DNA from: Kiritimatiellia bacterium
GTDB lineage: Bacteria; Verrucomicrobiota; Kiritimatiellia; JAAZAB01
Assembly (NCBI GenBank): GCA_040767085.1
Contig: JAXGPF010000014.1
Span: 64,001-128,000 of the forward strand
Direction: 5' to 3'
Length of the DNA stretch: 64,000 nucleotides
Of this stretch, positions 7,939 through 19,214 are shown piece after piece. The position numbers and the translations under genes are program-made. The stretch's first letter is position 1; each line of letters opens with the position of its first letter. A model generated the notes under the pieces. It saw only the letters and a program-made list of their open reading frames with translations, searched no databases and was not told the origin of the DNA.

Positions 7939-9125
7939 CCGCGGCGCCGCGCAACCTGGTGATTCTGGGCAGCACCGGCTCGATCGGCCGGAGCGCGTTG
8001 CGTGTGGTGCAGGCCTTGCCGGAACAATTCCGGGTGCTGGGTCTGGCGGTGCATCGCCAGGAGGAGGAAGCGCTGCGGCAGGCGCGGGAATTCCGCGTGC
8101 CTCTGGTTGCCGTGGCCGACCCCGCGGCGGCGCGCCGCGCGGCGGCGGCCGCCGGCGGCGTCAAGGTGCTGTCCGGCCCGGAAGGCTTGCTGGAACTGGT
8201 GGCCCAGCCGGGGACGGACATGGTCCTCGCGGCCATTGTCGGCATGGCGGGCTTGCCGCCGGTGCTGCGCGCGCTGGAACTGGGCGTGGATGTGGCGCTG
8301 GCCACCAAGGAAACCCTGGTGGTGGCCGGGGCGCAGGTCATGGCGGCGCGCCGGCGGAGCGGCGCGCGGCTGCTGCCGGTGGACAGCGAGCATAGCGCCA
8401 TCTTCCAATGCCTGGAAGGGCGCCCGGCGGACCATGTGCGCAAACTGATCCTGACAGCCTCCGGCGGGCCGTTCGCGGGCCAGCCGGACCTGGACTGGAA
8501 CACAGTCACCGTGGCCGCCGCGCTGCGGCATCCGCGCTGGAATATGGGCCGCAAAGTCAGCGTGGATTCCGCCACGATGATGAACAAGGGATTGGAAATC
8601 ATGGAGGCCCGCTGGCTGTTCGGCGTGGACTTGGACCGCATCGAAGTCATGCTGCATCCGGAAAGCATTGTACATTCCATGGTGGAGTTGACGGATGGCA
8701 GCCTGCTGGCACAGCTCAGCGTTTCCGATATGCGCTTTGCCATCCAGTATGCCTTGACCTGGCCGCAGCGCCTGGACGGGCAGTTGCCGCCGCTGGACCT
8801 GGCCCGGCTGGGCGCCCTGCATTTCAGCCTGCCGGATGCGCAGCGCTTCCCCTGCCTGGCGCTGGCCCGCGCCGCCGCCTGCGCCGGCGGCACCATGCCG
8901 GCGGTGTTGAACGCCGCCAATGAAGTGGCGGTCGAGGCGTTCCTGGCGGGCCGCCTGCCTTTCGCCGGCATCTGGCGCGTGGTGGAGCAGACCATGGCGG
9001 CGCATCGTATGCAGCCGAACCCGAACCTGCCGGACATCATGGAGGCGGACCGCTGGGCCCGCGGTGCGGCGCGGGAGCGGGCGGGGCATGGAACGCCGGC
9101 CGGAAAGTCAGACGGCGGCAAGTGA
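7935..9125 (+). CDS. dxr: 1-deoxy-D-xylulose 5-phosphate reductoisomerase
   Basis: LGSTGSIG, LATKE, PVDSEHSAIFQ, LTASGGPF, HPRWNMGRKVSVDSATMMNKGLE, NAANE. Confidence 0.96.
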   Translation: MTAAPRNLVILGSTGSIGRSALRVVQALPEQFRVLGLAVHRQEEEALRQAREFRVPLVAVADPAAARRAAAAAGGVKVLSGPEGLLELVAQPGTDMVLAAIVGMAGLPPVLRALELGVDVALATKETLVVAGAQVMAARRRSGARLLPVDSEHSAIFQCLEGRPADHVRKLILTASGGPFAGQPDLDWNTVTVAAALRHPRWNMGRKVSVDSATMMNKGLEIMEARWLFGVDLDRIEVMLHPESIVHSMVELTDGSLLAQLSVSDMRFAIQYALTWPQRLDGQLPPLDLARLGALHFSLPDAQRFPCLALARAAACAGGTMPAVLNAANEVAVEAFLAGRLPFAGIWRVVEQTMAAHRMQPNPNLPDIMEADRWARGAARERAGHGTPAGKSDGGK

Positions 9126-9183
9126 ATGTTAAAAAGAAATAATACAAACCGGCCCGCAGTCCGGCCGGGAATGGAGCGGCTCG

Positions 9184-10611
9184 ATGATCGGTTATGCCTT
9201 GTACGTGATTGCGGCGGTCGTGGTGTTGTTTGGCGCCACGATTTTTGCCCATGAATTAGGCCACTTCATCGCCGCGCGCCTGTGCGGCATGGTGGTGGAA
9301 GTTTTTTCCATCGGGTTTGGCCCGGCGCTATGGCGGCGCAAAATCCGCGGCATCTGGTACAAAATCGGCGCGCTGCCGCTGGGCGGCTACGTGGCTTTGC
9401 CGCAAATGGACCCGTCGGACGGCGCCTCCCCCGAGCAAGCCGACGCCGCCGCGCTGAAGGACAAGGATGCCGGGGAACCGCCGGCGCCCATGCCGCCGAC
9501 CACGCCGCCGCGTAAGATCATCGTTTCGCTGGCCGGCGGCGCGGGCAACATTGTGCTGGCTTTTCTGCTGGCATGGGCGGTGTACCTGATGGGCAAGCCT
9601 TCCATGCCGGCCGAGCGGTGCGCGGTGATCGGTTTTGTCGAATCCAACAGCGTGGCTTACGCCGCCGGGCTTCGGCCCGGCGACGAAATCCTGAGCGTCA
9701 ACGGCCGGCCGGTGGCCAACTGGCAGGATGTGCTCCAGGAAAATGCCATGGGCGACGCGGCGCAGATGGAAGTCCGGACGCCCACCGGCAACTTGAGCGT
9801 CGCCTTGCCCACCGAGCGCAGCATGCTGGGCTTCCGCATCGTGCCGGGCTTGCGCGAAATCAGCCTCTGCCGGGTGATGGCCGTGGAGCCGGAGTCCAGC
9901 GCCGCGCAGGCGGGCTTGCGTTCGGGCGACCTGATTGTCGGGTTCGACGGCGAGCGTGTCTTGAGCGTCGAACACCTGGTCACCCTGGTGGCGGCGCGGG
10001 CCGGCATGCCGGCCGCCCTGGCGGTGGAACGCGACGGCGCGCCCGTGGCCATGGAAGTTACGCCGCGGCTTGACCCGGAACTGGGCCGGGCGCGGATCGG
10101 CATCCGGTTCGACCCGATGGCGGTGGAATATGACAAGGTTGTGCATATCCCGCCGCTGACGCAGTTGCGCGCGCATGCCACCGGCATTTTCCGGATTTTG
10201 CGCCGGCTGGTTACTCCGCGCGAAGCGCGCGGCACGGCGGAGGGGCTGGGCGGGCCGCTGATGATCATCTACATGTTTCAGGACATGGTGCGCAAGGGGT
10301 TGGTCGTGGCCCTGTGGTTCACCTGTTTCCTGAATGTCAATCTGGCCATCCTGAACCTGTTGCCGCTGCCGGTGCTGGATGGCGGCCATGTCATGTTCGC
10401 CCTGCTGGAATGGGTGCGCGGCCGGCCGCTTTCCGCCCGCGCCCTCGGCTGGATCAGCCAGGTGTTTTTCTTCCTGTTCATCGCCTTGTTTGTCCTGCTG
10501 ACCTGGCGCGATGTGCAGCGCGTGTACCGCATTTCCCGCCTGTTCCACCCGCCCGCGGCGGAGCCGGCGCCCGCCAATGCGCCGGCGGCCGCGCCGGATG
10601 AAACACCCTGA
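9184..10611 (+). CDS. rseP: RIP metalloprotease RseP (M50, two PDZ domains)
   Basis: HELGH, FSIGFGP, LPLGGYV, two AGLR.GD PDZ motifs, NLLPLPVLDGGH. Confidence 0.93.
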   Translation: MIGYALYVIAAVVVLFGATIFAHELGHFIAARLCGMVVEVFSIGFGPALWRRKIRGIWYKIGALPLGGYVALPQMDPSDGASPEQADAAALKDKDAGEPPAPMPPTTPPRKIIVSLAGGAGNIVLAFLLAWAVYLMGKPSMPAERCAVIGFVESNSVAYAAGLRPGDEILSVNGRPVANWQDVLQENAMGDAAQMEVRTPTGNLSVALPTERSMLGFRIVPGLREISLCRVMAVEPESSAAQAGLRSGDLIVGFDGERVLSVEHLVTLVAARAGMPAALAVERDGAPVAMEVTPRLDPELGRARIGIRFDPMAVEYDKVVHIPPLTQLRAHATGIFRILRRLVTPREARGTAEGLGGPLMIIYMFQDMVRKGLVVALWFTCFLNVNLAILNLLPLPVLDGGHVMFALLEWVRGRPLSARALGWISQVFFFLFIALFVLLTWRDVQRVYRISRLFHPPAAEPAPANAPAAAPDETP

Positions 10612-11737
10612 AACAGGCGTTAGCACCATGGCCGATCGCGATGCAATCCTCAAACCGCGGCGCCTTACCCGGCAGGTCCGGGTCGGCCGGGTGGCGGTCG
10701 GCGGCGATGCTCCGGTTTCCGTGCAGAGCATGACCAAGACGGACACCCGCGACGTTCCCGCCACCATCGCCCAGATCCGCGAGTTGGCGGCCGCCGGCTG
10801 CGACATTGTCCGCCTGGCCGTGCCGGACGAGGCGGCGGCCCGCGCGCTCGCGCAAATCCGCCCGGCCGTGAATGTGCCGCTGGTGGCGGATATCCATTTT
10901 GACCATCGGCTGGCGCTGCTGGCCTTGCAGGCCGGCATGGACGGTCTGCGGATCAATCCGGGCAATATCGGCGCGGTCAGCCGGGTGCGGGAAGTGGTGC
11001 GCGCCGCCGCCGAGCGCCGGGTCCCCATCCGCATCGGCGTCAATGCCGGCTCGCTGGACAAGGATGTTTTGGCCCGGCATGGCGCGGCCACCGCCGCGGC
11101 GCTGGTCGAAAGCGCCCTGCGCCATGTGCGTATCCTGGAAGACCTGGACTACCGCGAAATCAAGATTTCCGTCAAGGCCTCGGACGTGGCGCGCACGGTG
11201 CAGGCTTACCGCCAATTGGCGGAGCAGACGGATTATCCCCTGCATCTTGGCCTGACGGAAGCCGGCACGCTGCTGCCCGGCGCCGTGCGCTCCAGCGTGG
11301 CGCTGGGTCTGCTGCTGGCCGATGGCATCGGCGATACCATCCGCGTGTCGCTCTCCGAGCCGCCGGCCGCGGAAGTGCGCGCCGGGCTGGCGCTCCTGCG
11401 CAGCCTGGCCTTGCGGCCGCCGGGGCCGATGGTGATTGCCTGCCCCACCTGCGGCCGGGTGGAGATTGACGCCTCCGCCCTGGCCCACGCGGTGGAAGCC
11501 GCGCTGGAAAAACTGGCGGCGGAGTTCCCCAAGGCCGCCTGGCCCACCGTGGCCGTGATGGGGTGCATGGTCAACGGTCCCGGCGAAGCGCGGGACGCCG
11601 ATATCGCGGTCGCCGGCGGCAAGGGCCGGGCCGCGTTGTATGTCGCCGGCCGGCACATCGCCACGGTGCCGGAAGCGCAAATTCTGCCGGCGCTGCTGGC
11701 GCAGGTGCGGGCCTTCCTGGGCCGGCCGGCGGACTGA
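10598..11737 (+). CDS. ispG: 4-hydroxy-3-methylbut-2-enyl diphosphate synthase
   Basis: VSVQSMT, LVADIHF, RINPGNIG, RIGVNAGSL, HLGLTEAG, GDTIRVSL, CPTCGR, GCMVNGPGE. Start at 10598 or 10628. Confidence 0.96.
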   Translation: MKHPETGVSTMADRDAILKPRRLTRQVRVGRVAVGGDAPVSVQSMTKTDTRDVPATIAQIRELAAAGCDIVRLAVPDEAAARALAQIRPAVNVPLVADIHFDHRLALLALQAGMDGLRINPGNIGAVSRVREVVRAAAERRVPIRIGVNAGSLDKDVLARHGAATAAALVESALRHVRILEDLDYREIKISVKASDVARTVQAYRQLAEQTDYPLHLGLTEAGTLLPGAVRSSVALGLLLADGIGDTIRVSLSEPPAAEVRAGLALLRSLALRPPGPMVIACPTCGRVEIDASALAHAVEAALEKLAAEFPKAAWPTVAVMGCMVNGPGEARDADIAVAGGKGRAALYVAGRHIATVPEAQILPALLAQVRAFLGRPAD

Positions 11738-11762
11738 CTTGTGTTTTTACGCGCCGCGGGCT

Positions 11763-14700
11763 CTACCCGCCGTCCAGGATTTCCCGCAGCTTGCGGGCAA
11801 GTTCATCGCGGGTGATCGGCTTGCTGAGGAAGTGCACGCCCTGTTCGAGAATGCCGCGGTGGGCGATGACGTCGGCGGTGTAGCCGGACATGTAAAGCAC
11901 CTTCAGCGCCGGGTACTCCCGCGTCAGGTGTTGGGCCAGCTCGCGGCCGCTCATGCCGGGCATGACCACGTCCGTCAAAAGCAGGTCAATTCCGCCCGCG
12001 GCATCGGCTGCCATGCGCTGCGCCGCCTCCGGCGATTCCGCCGCCAGCACGGTATAACCGAGGCGTTGCAGGCCCCGGCTTAACGTGACGCGCAGCGGTT
12101 TTTCATCCTCGACCAGCAGGATGGTCTCGGTCCCGCCGCGGCGCGCGGCAGGTAGATGCGGAAAGTCGCGCCTTTGCCCACCGCGCTGTCCACGCAGATG
12201 AAGCCCTCGTTCTGCTTGACGATCCCGTAAACCGTGGCCAGTCCGAGCCCTGTGCCATGGCCGAGCTCCTTGGTGGTGAAGAACGGATCGAAGATGTTGT
12301 CGCGGACTTCCGGGGCGATGCCGCAGCCATTGTCGCTGACCGCCAGCATGACGTACTGGCCCGGCCGCGCGTCAGGTTGCTGCGCGCAGCATGCGGCTTC
12401 AATGGCCGTGTTTTCGGTCTCGATGGTAACCTTGCCGGCCCCTGCGATGGCGTCGCGCGCGTTAACGCAGAGGTTGGCGAGCATCTGGTCCACCTGGCTG
12501 GGATCTATTTTGACGGGCCACAGCTTCGCGCCGGGCTCCCAGGCCAGATCAATGTCCTCGCCGATCAGCCGGCGCAGCATCTTCAGTATATTGGCTACCG
12601 CATCGTTGAGATCGAGAATTTTCGGAGCGATGGTCTGCCGGCGGGCGAAGGCCAGCAGTTGCCGCGTCAGGTCAGCCGAGCGCTCGGCTTCACGCGTGAT
12701 CTCGTCCAGCCATGGGCGGATCGGATGGTTTTCGCCGACTTCCTCGCGGCACATCTCGGCATACCCCATGATCCCCATGAGCAGGTTGTTGAAATCGTGC
12801 GCCACGCCGCCGGCCAGTCGGCCCACGGATTCGATCTTCTGTGACTGGCGCAATTGCGCTTCGAGCGAGTCGCGTTCCGTGACGTCCTGCACGAATCCGA
12901 GAAAGCGTTCCCCGCTCAGCGCCACCGCCAGCACATGCCACCGCCGGCGCGCGCCATCCTTCCGGACGTAATTTAACTCGCCCGCGCTGCGTCCGGATTC
13001 GAGGACGGCCTGGAAATGCCGCGCGCCCTTCTCGCGATCCTCCGGGGCGAGCGAATCGGCAATGTGCATGGCCAGCAATTCTTCCCGGGAGTAGCCGGTG
13101 ATGGCGGAGGCGGCAGGATTGACATCGACATAGCGTCCGGCCCGGTCGGTAATGAAGATGCCGTAGGGCGCATGCTCGACATACGACCGGAACCTGGTTT
13201 CCTCCTCGCGCCGGCGCTGCGCGGTCTCCAGGGCGTGCAGCGCGTAGGCGACGTCGCCGACCAACTCGCGGAACAGCGACTGTTCCTCCGGGTCGTCGGC
13301 CAGGCCGGCTGGCAAGGCGACGACGAGGGCGCCGAACTCGCGATCGCCGTGGCGCAGAGCGCCGGCGAGAGCCGCTGTGTCGCGATACGTGCTGAACAGA
13401 GGGCAGGTCGGGCAGTCGGTTGCGGAATTGAGCACGACAGCGATGCCATCCGGACTTTGCGTGGCTCGCCGGCAACATGCGGGCCAGACGCCGCGTTCAA
13501 TTTCCTGGCGCACCGCTTCAAACTCGTCGCCGATGCCGCTTTGAGCCAAAACCGCCATCCGCCCGTCTGCTTCGCGCAGCGCGACCCAGGCGCTGAGGTA
13601 GCCGCGCGTCGAGATGAGGGTTTCGCACGCGCGTTGCAGGAGCGCGTCGCGGTTGTCTTCGTGGGTGATGAGATGGTTCACATCGCGGATGGCGCGCAGC
13701 ACCCGGTTCAAATGCATAACGTGCGCTTCATGCCGTTTGCGGTCGCTGATATCGCGCGCGACACCCTGCAGATGCAAGGGCGCGCCCGTCTGGTCAAACA
13801 CCGCCTTGGAATGAATCTCCACCGCAACCGGGCCGCCGTCTTTGCGGCGCATCTCGGTCTCGAAAACCAGGCCCTGTTTTGCCGGGCCCCGGGCAAGCTC
13901 CTGCCGGATGATCTGCGCCAGCCGGGCAAAATGCGCCTGATCGCAGTGGTCGGACAGGCGCGATCCGATCCATTCCCGCGGGGTGTACCCCGTGAACTGC
14001 TCGATGGCGGGATTGACGTAGGTGAACTCCAGATCGAGACTCATCGTCCAAATCACGTCCAGCGTATTGTCAGCCAGCAGCCGGTAGCGTTGTTCGCTGG
14101 CGCGGATGGCTTCTTCCTGCGCCTTGCGCTCGGTGACATCCCAGACGATGGAGATCATGCGGTCGGAGCCCGGCACGGGCGTGTTCCGCGCGGTAATGTA
14201 ACGCGTTGCTTCGCCCGCCCTGGCGATGGGCACATCCGGCCAGTACATTCGTTCCGGATCGCCGCTGGCGCAGTCCGCCTCCACGCGCGCGCGGAGGCGT
14301 TGCCGGAGTTCCGGGTCCGGATAGACTTCGCGCCAGAACGCCCCGACCGACGAGAGCGCCGCGCGCGTCGTGCGGTAGAAATGCGGGAAAAGGTCGTTCA
14401 TGTACTCCAGGGGCGCCGCATCATCCCGCGCATTGACGGCCACCCCGACGGGCAAGTTGTCCAGGACGTTGCGGAAGAAGGCCCGCTCTTCGCGCAGTTC
14501 GCGCGTTTTAACCGCCACTTGCCGGCCCAGAATCCACGACCAGAGCAGCGCCAGCAGGACGATCAGGATCAACGGCCCGGCAACCAGGGCGACGATCCTC
14601 AGCAGGTCGCTCCACACGAAATGCTCTTCGTAGACCCCCATCCATTTCTCGTGCAGACGCCGATATTCGCCGGAGTCCTTGAGCAGGCGCAGGCCTTCGG

Positions 14701-16117
14701 TGAATTCGGCCAGCAGGGCCTCCTGGCCTTTGGGCACGGCATAGCCGTACTGACCGGAGTAGAAGGCCCGATCGCCGAGCACGATATTCGTCCAGCCATG
14801 CTTGCGGATGGCGTAGAGGGCGCCATAACGCGTGGCGAGGCCGCAATCATGCCGGCCTTCCGCCACCGCGCGGACCACGTCCTCCTGCGTGGCGACCGTG
14901 CTGACGCGCGTCTCGATGCCGCGTTCCGCCAGCTCGTCGAGGATGGCATCCTCGGCCTGAACCACGATGTCGCGCCCCGCCAGCTCTTCGATGGCGGCCG
15001 GCGGAGCACCTGAGCCGCGGCGCACCATGCTGACACAGTGGAGCACCAGGTAGCGGGGCGAGAAATCGAAGAGGCGGTCCCTTTCGGACGAATAAAACAT
15101 CCCCTGGATGGCATCAATCCGGCCCTCGCGCAGCGACGCCACCGTGTCCTCCCAGGGAGCGAGCCGGATTTGCACATCCATGCCCATTTCGCGGGCGATG
15201 GCGCGGGTCAGATCAACCGTGAAGCCGGCGGGGCGGCCCCGCTCATCGAGAAACTCGAAGGGCGGATATTGGTGGTCGCCGCCAATCACGATGGGGCGGC
15301 CCGACGGCAGTTCCAGATGCGCAAACCATTTTGCGTGCAGGCGGCGGTAGGTGCCGTCGGACATGCAGAGCGCCAGCCCCTCGTTGAGCAGCGCCAGCGT
15401 CGCGCGGTCGCCCTCCTGCACCGCGAAGCAGAAGTCCTGCGGGAATTCCAGTACCGGCTGTTCGACGATGCGCAGCCGGCCGGACAAGCCCGTTTCCGCG
15501 AGCAGGCGCATGGCCACAAGCCGCTGGATAAAAACCGCGTCGCACCCGCCGTCCGCGAGAATGCGCAGCGCGTCCGGGAAGGTGGGCGCCGGCCGAATCT
15601 CCAGGCCGCGATCCTTGCGCCGCAGGAATTCCTCGGCGTTGTCGCCTTGCATCACGCCGACGGTGCGCCCGCGCAGGTCGGCGAGGGTCTGGATGCCCGT
15701 CGTATCACGGCGCACGACGATGGCCCCGTGCATGGTCAGGTAGGGGACGGTGAAATCGAACAAAGGCTCGCGTTCCGGTGTGCGCCCGACCAGCGGCAGG
15801 CAATCGATCTCGCCGCGCTGGAGCCAGGCGCTGACTTCTGTCCAGGGGCCGGTGCGGAAACTGACTTCGCGCATCATCTTACCCAGCGCTGCGCGCATCA
15901 GCTCGACGGCGAAACCATCCGCGCGGCCGTCCTCGTGGACGATGCAGAAGGGCGGGTAATCCACCTCGCACCCCGAACGCAGCGGCGGGCCGGCCGCCTC
16001 CTGCGCGGCCCCCGCCGTCACCGACAGCCAGAGGGCGAGCACCGCCGCCAGGATGCGTCCCGGCCCGCCCGCCGGCGGATTATACAGCCCCGGAATATAT
16101 TTGGGAGCCTGCGCCAT
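11763..16117 (-). pseudogene. Hybrid sensor histidine kinase (2x periplasmic PBPb, TM, PAS domains, GAF, HisKA, HATPase, REC), frameshifted before REC
   Basis: DYPPF / HQYPPFEF PBPb motifs, LAGGVAHDFNN, NARDA, DPFFTTK..GTGLGL. REC (GTETILLVEDE...LLTDVVMPGMSG...FLSKP) is in another frame from about 12140. Start is 16117 because 16192 is the -35 box. Confidence 0.85.
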
Positions 16118-16163
16118 ATGCTTGCCCAGGATTAGGCATCCCGCTTCCACATTGATTGATAAA

Positions 16164-16192
16164 AGTATAATGTTCCGGGTGTGTGCTGTCAA
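16164..16192 (-). promoter_or_regulatory. sigma70-type promoter for the sensor kinase
   Basis: Minus strand TTGACA-N17-TATACT; adjacent inverted repeat taatcat..atgatta at 16196-16221. Confidence 0.75.
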
Positions 16193-16258
16193 TAGTAATC
16201 ATTTGGTTGTAGTTATGATTAACCGTCGCGGCCGCGCGGGATTTCACCCGCCGGCCGG

Positions 16259-17914
16259 TCAGCCGGTGAAATACAGGTACACGCTGATAATCAGCAGGAA
16301 GATCAGGACGGTGTTGATCACATCCCAGCGGTTCCAACTGCCGCGGATTTCACGGCGCCCGTCGCCCGTGACAGTGGCATAAGTCAAGCCGCTGATTTTT
16401 TCGCGCGCGGGCGCCGCGGTCAGCAGGCTGACGGCCGCCAGGATCAGGCAACTGGCCAGGAAGAGATACACGCAGAACACCAGGAAATTGATCCGGCCGT
16501 AATAGGCCAGGATGCCGGCCAGGCCGCCGGGAACGGCGTCCGCCGGCAGCATGCCGGCGTAAATCTGGCAGGCCAGCTTGCTCAAACCGAGCACAAATCC
16601 CGCGCCGAGCGCCGCCAGGGCGCCCTTGCCGTTCAGCCGGGGCCAGAAGACGCCGAGGAAGAACACCGCCGTCATCGGCGGCGCCAGGTAAGCCTGCACG
16701 CTTTGCAGGTATTCATAGAGCGCGCCGGAGACCAGCTTCATCACGGGAATCCAGGCCAGGCCCAACAGGACCACCACGCCGGTGGCGATCCGGCCGACGG
16801 CCACCAGTTCGCGTTCCGGTGCGCCGGGCTTGATTTTGCGGTAAATATCCACCGTAAACAGGGTGGAACAGGAATTGAACAGGGAGGAAAGCGAACTCAT
16901 CAGCGCTGCCAGCAAGCCGGCCACCACCAGGCCGCGCAATCCCGCCGGCAGCAATTGCTGCACCAGCGCGGGGTAGGCTTGGTCCGGCGAAGCCATGACC
17001 AGGAGGTTTTTGCGGGCGAGGGCGAAAGCGATCATGCCGGGCACGATGAAGATGAACACGGGCGTCAGCTTGAGGTAGGCCCCGAAGATCGTGCCGCGCC
17101 GCGCGCAACTCAGGTTGCGCGCGGCCAATGTCCGCTGGACGATGTATTGATCGGTGCACCAGTACCAGAGGCCGACAATCGGCGCGGCGAAGAGCATCCC
17201 GGGCCACGGGAACTCCGGGTCGCTGGCCGGCCGCCACAGGTTGAAGAAGGCGCTGCCGCATTGCGCGCGCAGCTCCGACCACCCGCCCAGGAGCCGCAGG
17301 CCGATGACCGTGATGCAGAGCGAACCGGCAATCAACACTATGGCCTGCAGGGCGTCGGTGTAAACCACCGCGCGCAAGCCGCCGAAGAGCGTGTAAATGC
17401 CGGTCAGCACCACCGTGGCCATGGCGCCGGTCCAGAAACTGTCCAGTCCGGCGAAGGTTAAATCCGGCATCAGCGTCCGGCAGACCATGCCGCCCGCGAA
17501 GACCGTTACGCTGACCTTGGTGAAGACATAGGAGACCAGGCTGACCAGCGACAGCATCCAGCGGCAGGCGGGGTTGTACCGGCGTTCCAGAAATTCCGGC
17601 ATGGTGAAGACGCGCGCGCGGTAATAGAAGGGGACCAGCACCCAGCCCAGCACCAGCAGGCACCAGGCATGGAGTTCGTAATGCGCCATGGCCACGCCGC
17701 TCTTGGCCCCGGCGCCGGCCAGCCCCACCAGGTGTTCCGAGCCGATGTTGGAGGCGAAGAGCGAGGCGCCCACCGCGAACCAGCCGATGTTGCGTCCGGC
17801 CAGAAAATAATCCTCCGAGGTCCGCTGCCGCCGCGCCGACCACCAGACCACCGCCGCCAACCCCGCAAAATACAATCCGACCACCAGCCAATCCAGACCA
17901 GACAAAGCATGCAT
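16259..17914 (-). CDS. Sodium:solute symporter (SSS, SGLT-like sugar transporter)
   Basis: DYFLAGR, SLFASNIGSEHLVGLAG, FTMPEFLERRY, GGLRAVVYTD, WYWCTDQYIVQRTLAA, AALMSSLSS. Confidence 0.93.
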   Translation of the reverse strand: MHALSGLDWLVVGLYFAGLAAVVWWSARRQRTSEDYFLAGRNIGWFAVGASLFASNIGSEHLVGLAGAGAKSGVAMAHYELHAWCLLVLGWVLVPFYYRARVFTMPEFLERRYNPACRWMLSLVSLVSYVFTKVSVTVFAGGMVCRTLMPDLTFAGLDSFWTGAMATVVLTGIYTLFGGLRAVVYTDALQAIVLIAGSLCITVIGLRLLGGWSELRAQCGSAFFNLWRPASDPEFPWPGMLFAAPIVGLWYWCTDQYIVQRTLAARNLSCARRGTIFGAYLKLTPVFIFIVPGMIAFALARKNLLVMASPDQAYPALVQQLLPAGLRGLVVAGLLAALMSSLSSLFNSCSTLFTVDIYRKIKPGAPERELVAVGRIATGVVVLLGLAWIPVMKLVSGALYEYLQSVQAYLAPPMTAVFFLGVFWPRLNGKGALAALGAGFVLGLSKLACQIYAGMLPADAVPGGLAGILAYYGRINFLVFCVYLFLASCLILAAVSLLTAAPAREKISGLTYATVTGDGRREIRGSWNRWDVINTVLIFLLIISVYLYFTG

Positions 17915-18037
17915 GAAAACCTCGCATTGCCGGAACGAAAGAAAAAAACCTTGCGCCGCGCCCGCGAACGATGATTAATCAATATCAGAAAACCGCGTCC
18001 GCTGCAAACGGAATGCAATGTGGAGCCGGCGCTGACT

Positions 18038-18865
18038 TCAATTTTCGCTTAAAACACCGGCTGGCCGGCGAAAAACGGAAGGATTTATTTTGTAAACCCG
18101 TTTAAACGTCCGTGAAAAGTGGTAGTGGTCGCAAAATCCCGCGGCGGCGGCAATTTCCTTGATGCCGGACGTTGAATAACGCAACATGATACTGGCGCGG
18201 TCCAGCCGCTTATGCAGACCGTATATATGCGGCGGTTGCCCCAGCAGCCGGTGAAAATAACGGCAAAACGCCGTTTTTTCCATGCCGATCTGCCGCGCCA
18301 GCGCGCTGTTGGGAAGATTAGTCCACCCCTGCGCTTCCCACCAGCGCAGCAGCAGGTTAAGGCGCGGCTCGATCTCCATCAAGTGCGACAGGTGTTGCGG
18401 CAAAGTCAGCAGTGCGTGCCAGCAGAGGGTCATGACGGCGGCTACGCGCCAGGGATCGTCCTGGCGGGGAGTGTTGCCGCTGGTTGGGTAATGCGGATAG
18501 TATTTCCGCATGATTGCGATTTGCCAGGATTGAACGGGAAACTGATGCACGCATGAGTGCAAGAGGGCATATGGCAACCCGGCGGTAAAGTGCGCGTGAA
18601 AATGCGCCGTCGGCGCCGCCAGATCGGAGGAAAGGATGGTGTTCGGAGCCACGAGCGTACAGGTGCCTGGCTCAATGGAATAACGCGCGGTCGCCGAATA
18701 TAAAAAAGCTCCCGGCCGATCGTTCCAATAGAGGCGCCAGAATCCCCCCCGGATATTTTGCGCGCGCCATTTGCTCAGAAGGCTGCGCTGCTCGCAATAC
18801 AGCAAATGCAGTTGCGGCGAATAGGTGAAATTAATCGGCGTTCTTGCCGGAGGAATATGTTTCAT
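18038..18865 (-). CDS. AraC-family transcriptional regulator
   Basis: C-terminal double HTH LARQIGME..AFCRYF...IKEIAAAAGFCDHYHFSRTFKR..P..FR; divergent from the island operon; start uncertain. Confidence 0.88.
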   Translation of the reverse strand: MKHIPPARTPINFTYSPQLHLLYCEQRSLLSKWRAQNIRGGFWRLYWNDRPGAFLYSATARYSIEPGTCTLVAPNTILSSDLAAPTAHFHAHFTAGLPYALLHSCVHQFPVQSWQIAIMRKYYPHYPTSGNTPRQDDPWRVAAVMTLCWHALLTLPQHLSHLMEIEPRLNLLLRWWEAQGWTNLPNSALARQIGMEKTAFCRYFHRLLGQPPHIYGLHKRLDRASIMLRYSTSGIKEIAAAAGFCDHYHFSRTFKRVYKINPSVFRRPAGVLSEN

Positions 18866-19214
18866 GGTTATCCTGCGCCACATACGCCAGGCTTTGCCAT
18901 AACTTAACATGTTTTTAATCAAAAAGCACGTGTTTTCAGGAAACTCCGGCGCCAAGGGGCAGGGAGCTTCATGTCCGGCGGCGCCAGTTTGCATACCTTT
19001 TCAGAGCACGGCAATTATTTTACACAAATTAGTCAATTTACAACATTGCCAGGACGGCCAGCATGGAATAACCTATTGCAGTATCTGTGCAGTATCTGCA
19101 CCGATCTATGATCTTAATGTTCCGGATATAATTGCGCGACCGTAAAGCCCGCCACAAACGCGGGATTGATCCTCCAGGCGGCGGAGTGCATCCAGTAAAA
19201 CAAGGAAACCCGAT

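Noticed and set aside
7784..16135. Long opposite-strand ORFs (for example 9328..11091 -, 13016..15013 +, 15038..16135 +)
   Set aside because: Typical high-GC shadow frames over well-supported genes; no motifs or RBS.
16118..16192. TTG start at 16192 for the kinase
   Set aside because: That TTG is part of the TTGACA -35 box; the ATG at 16117 precedes the signal-like segment.
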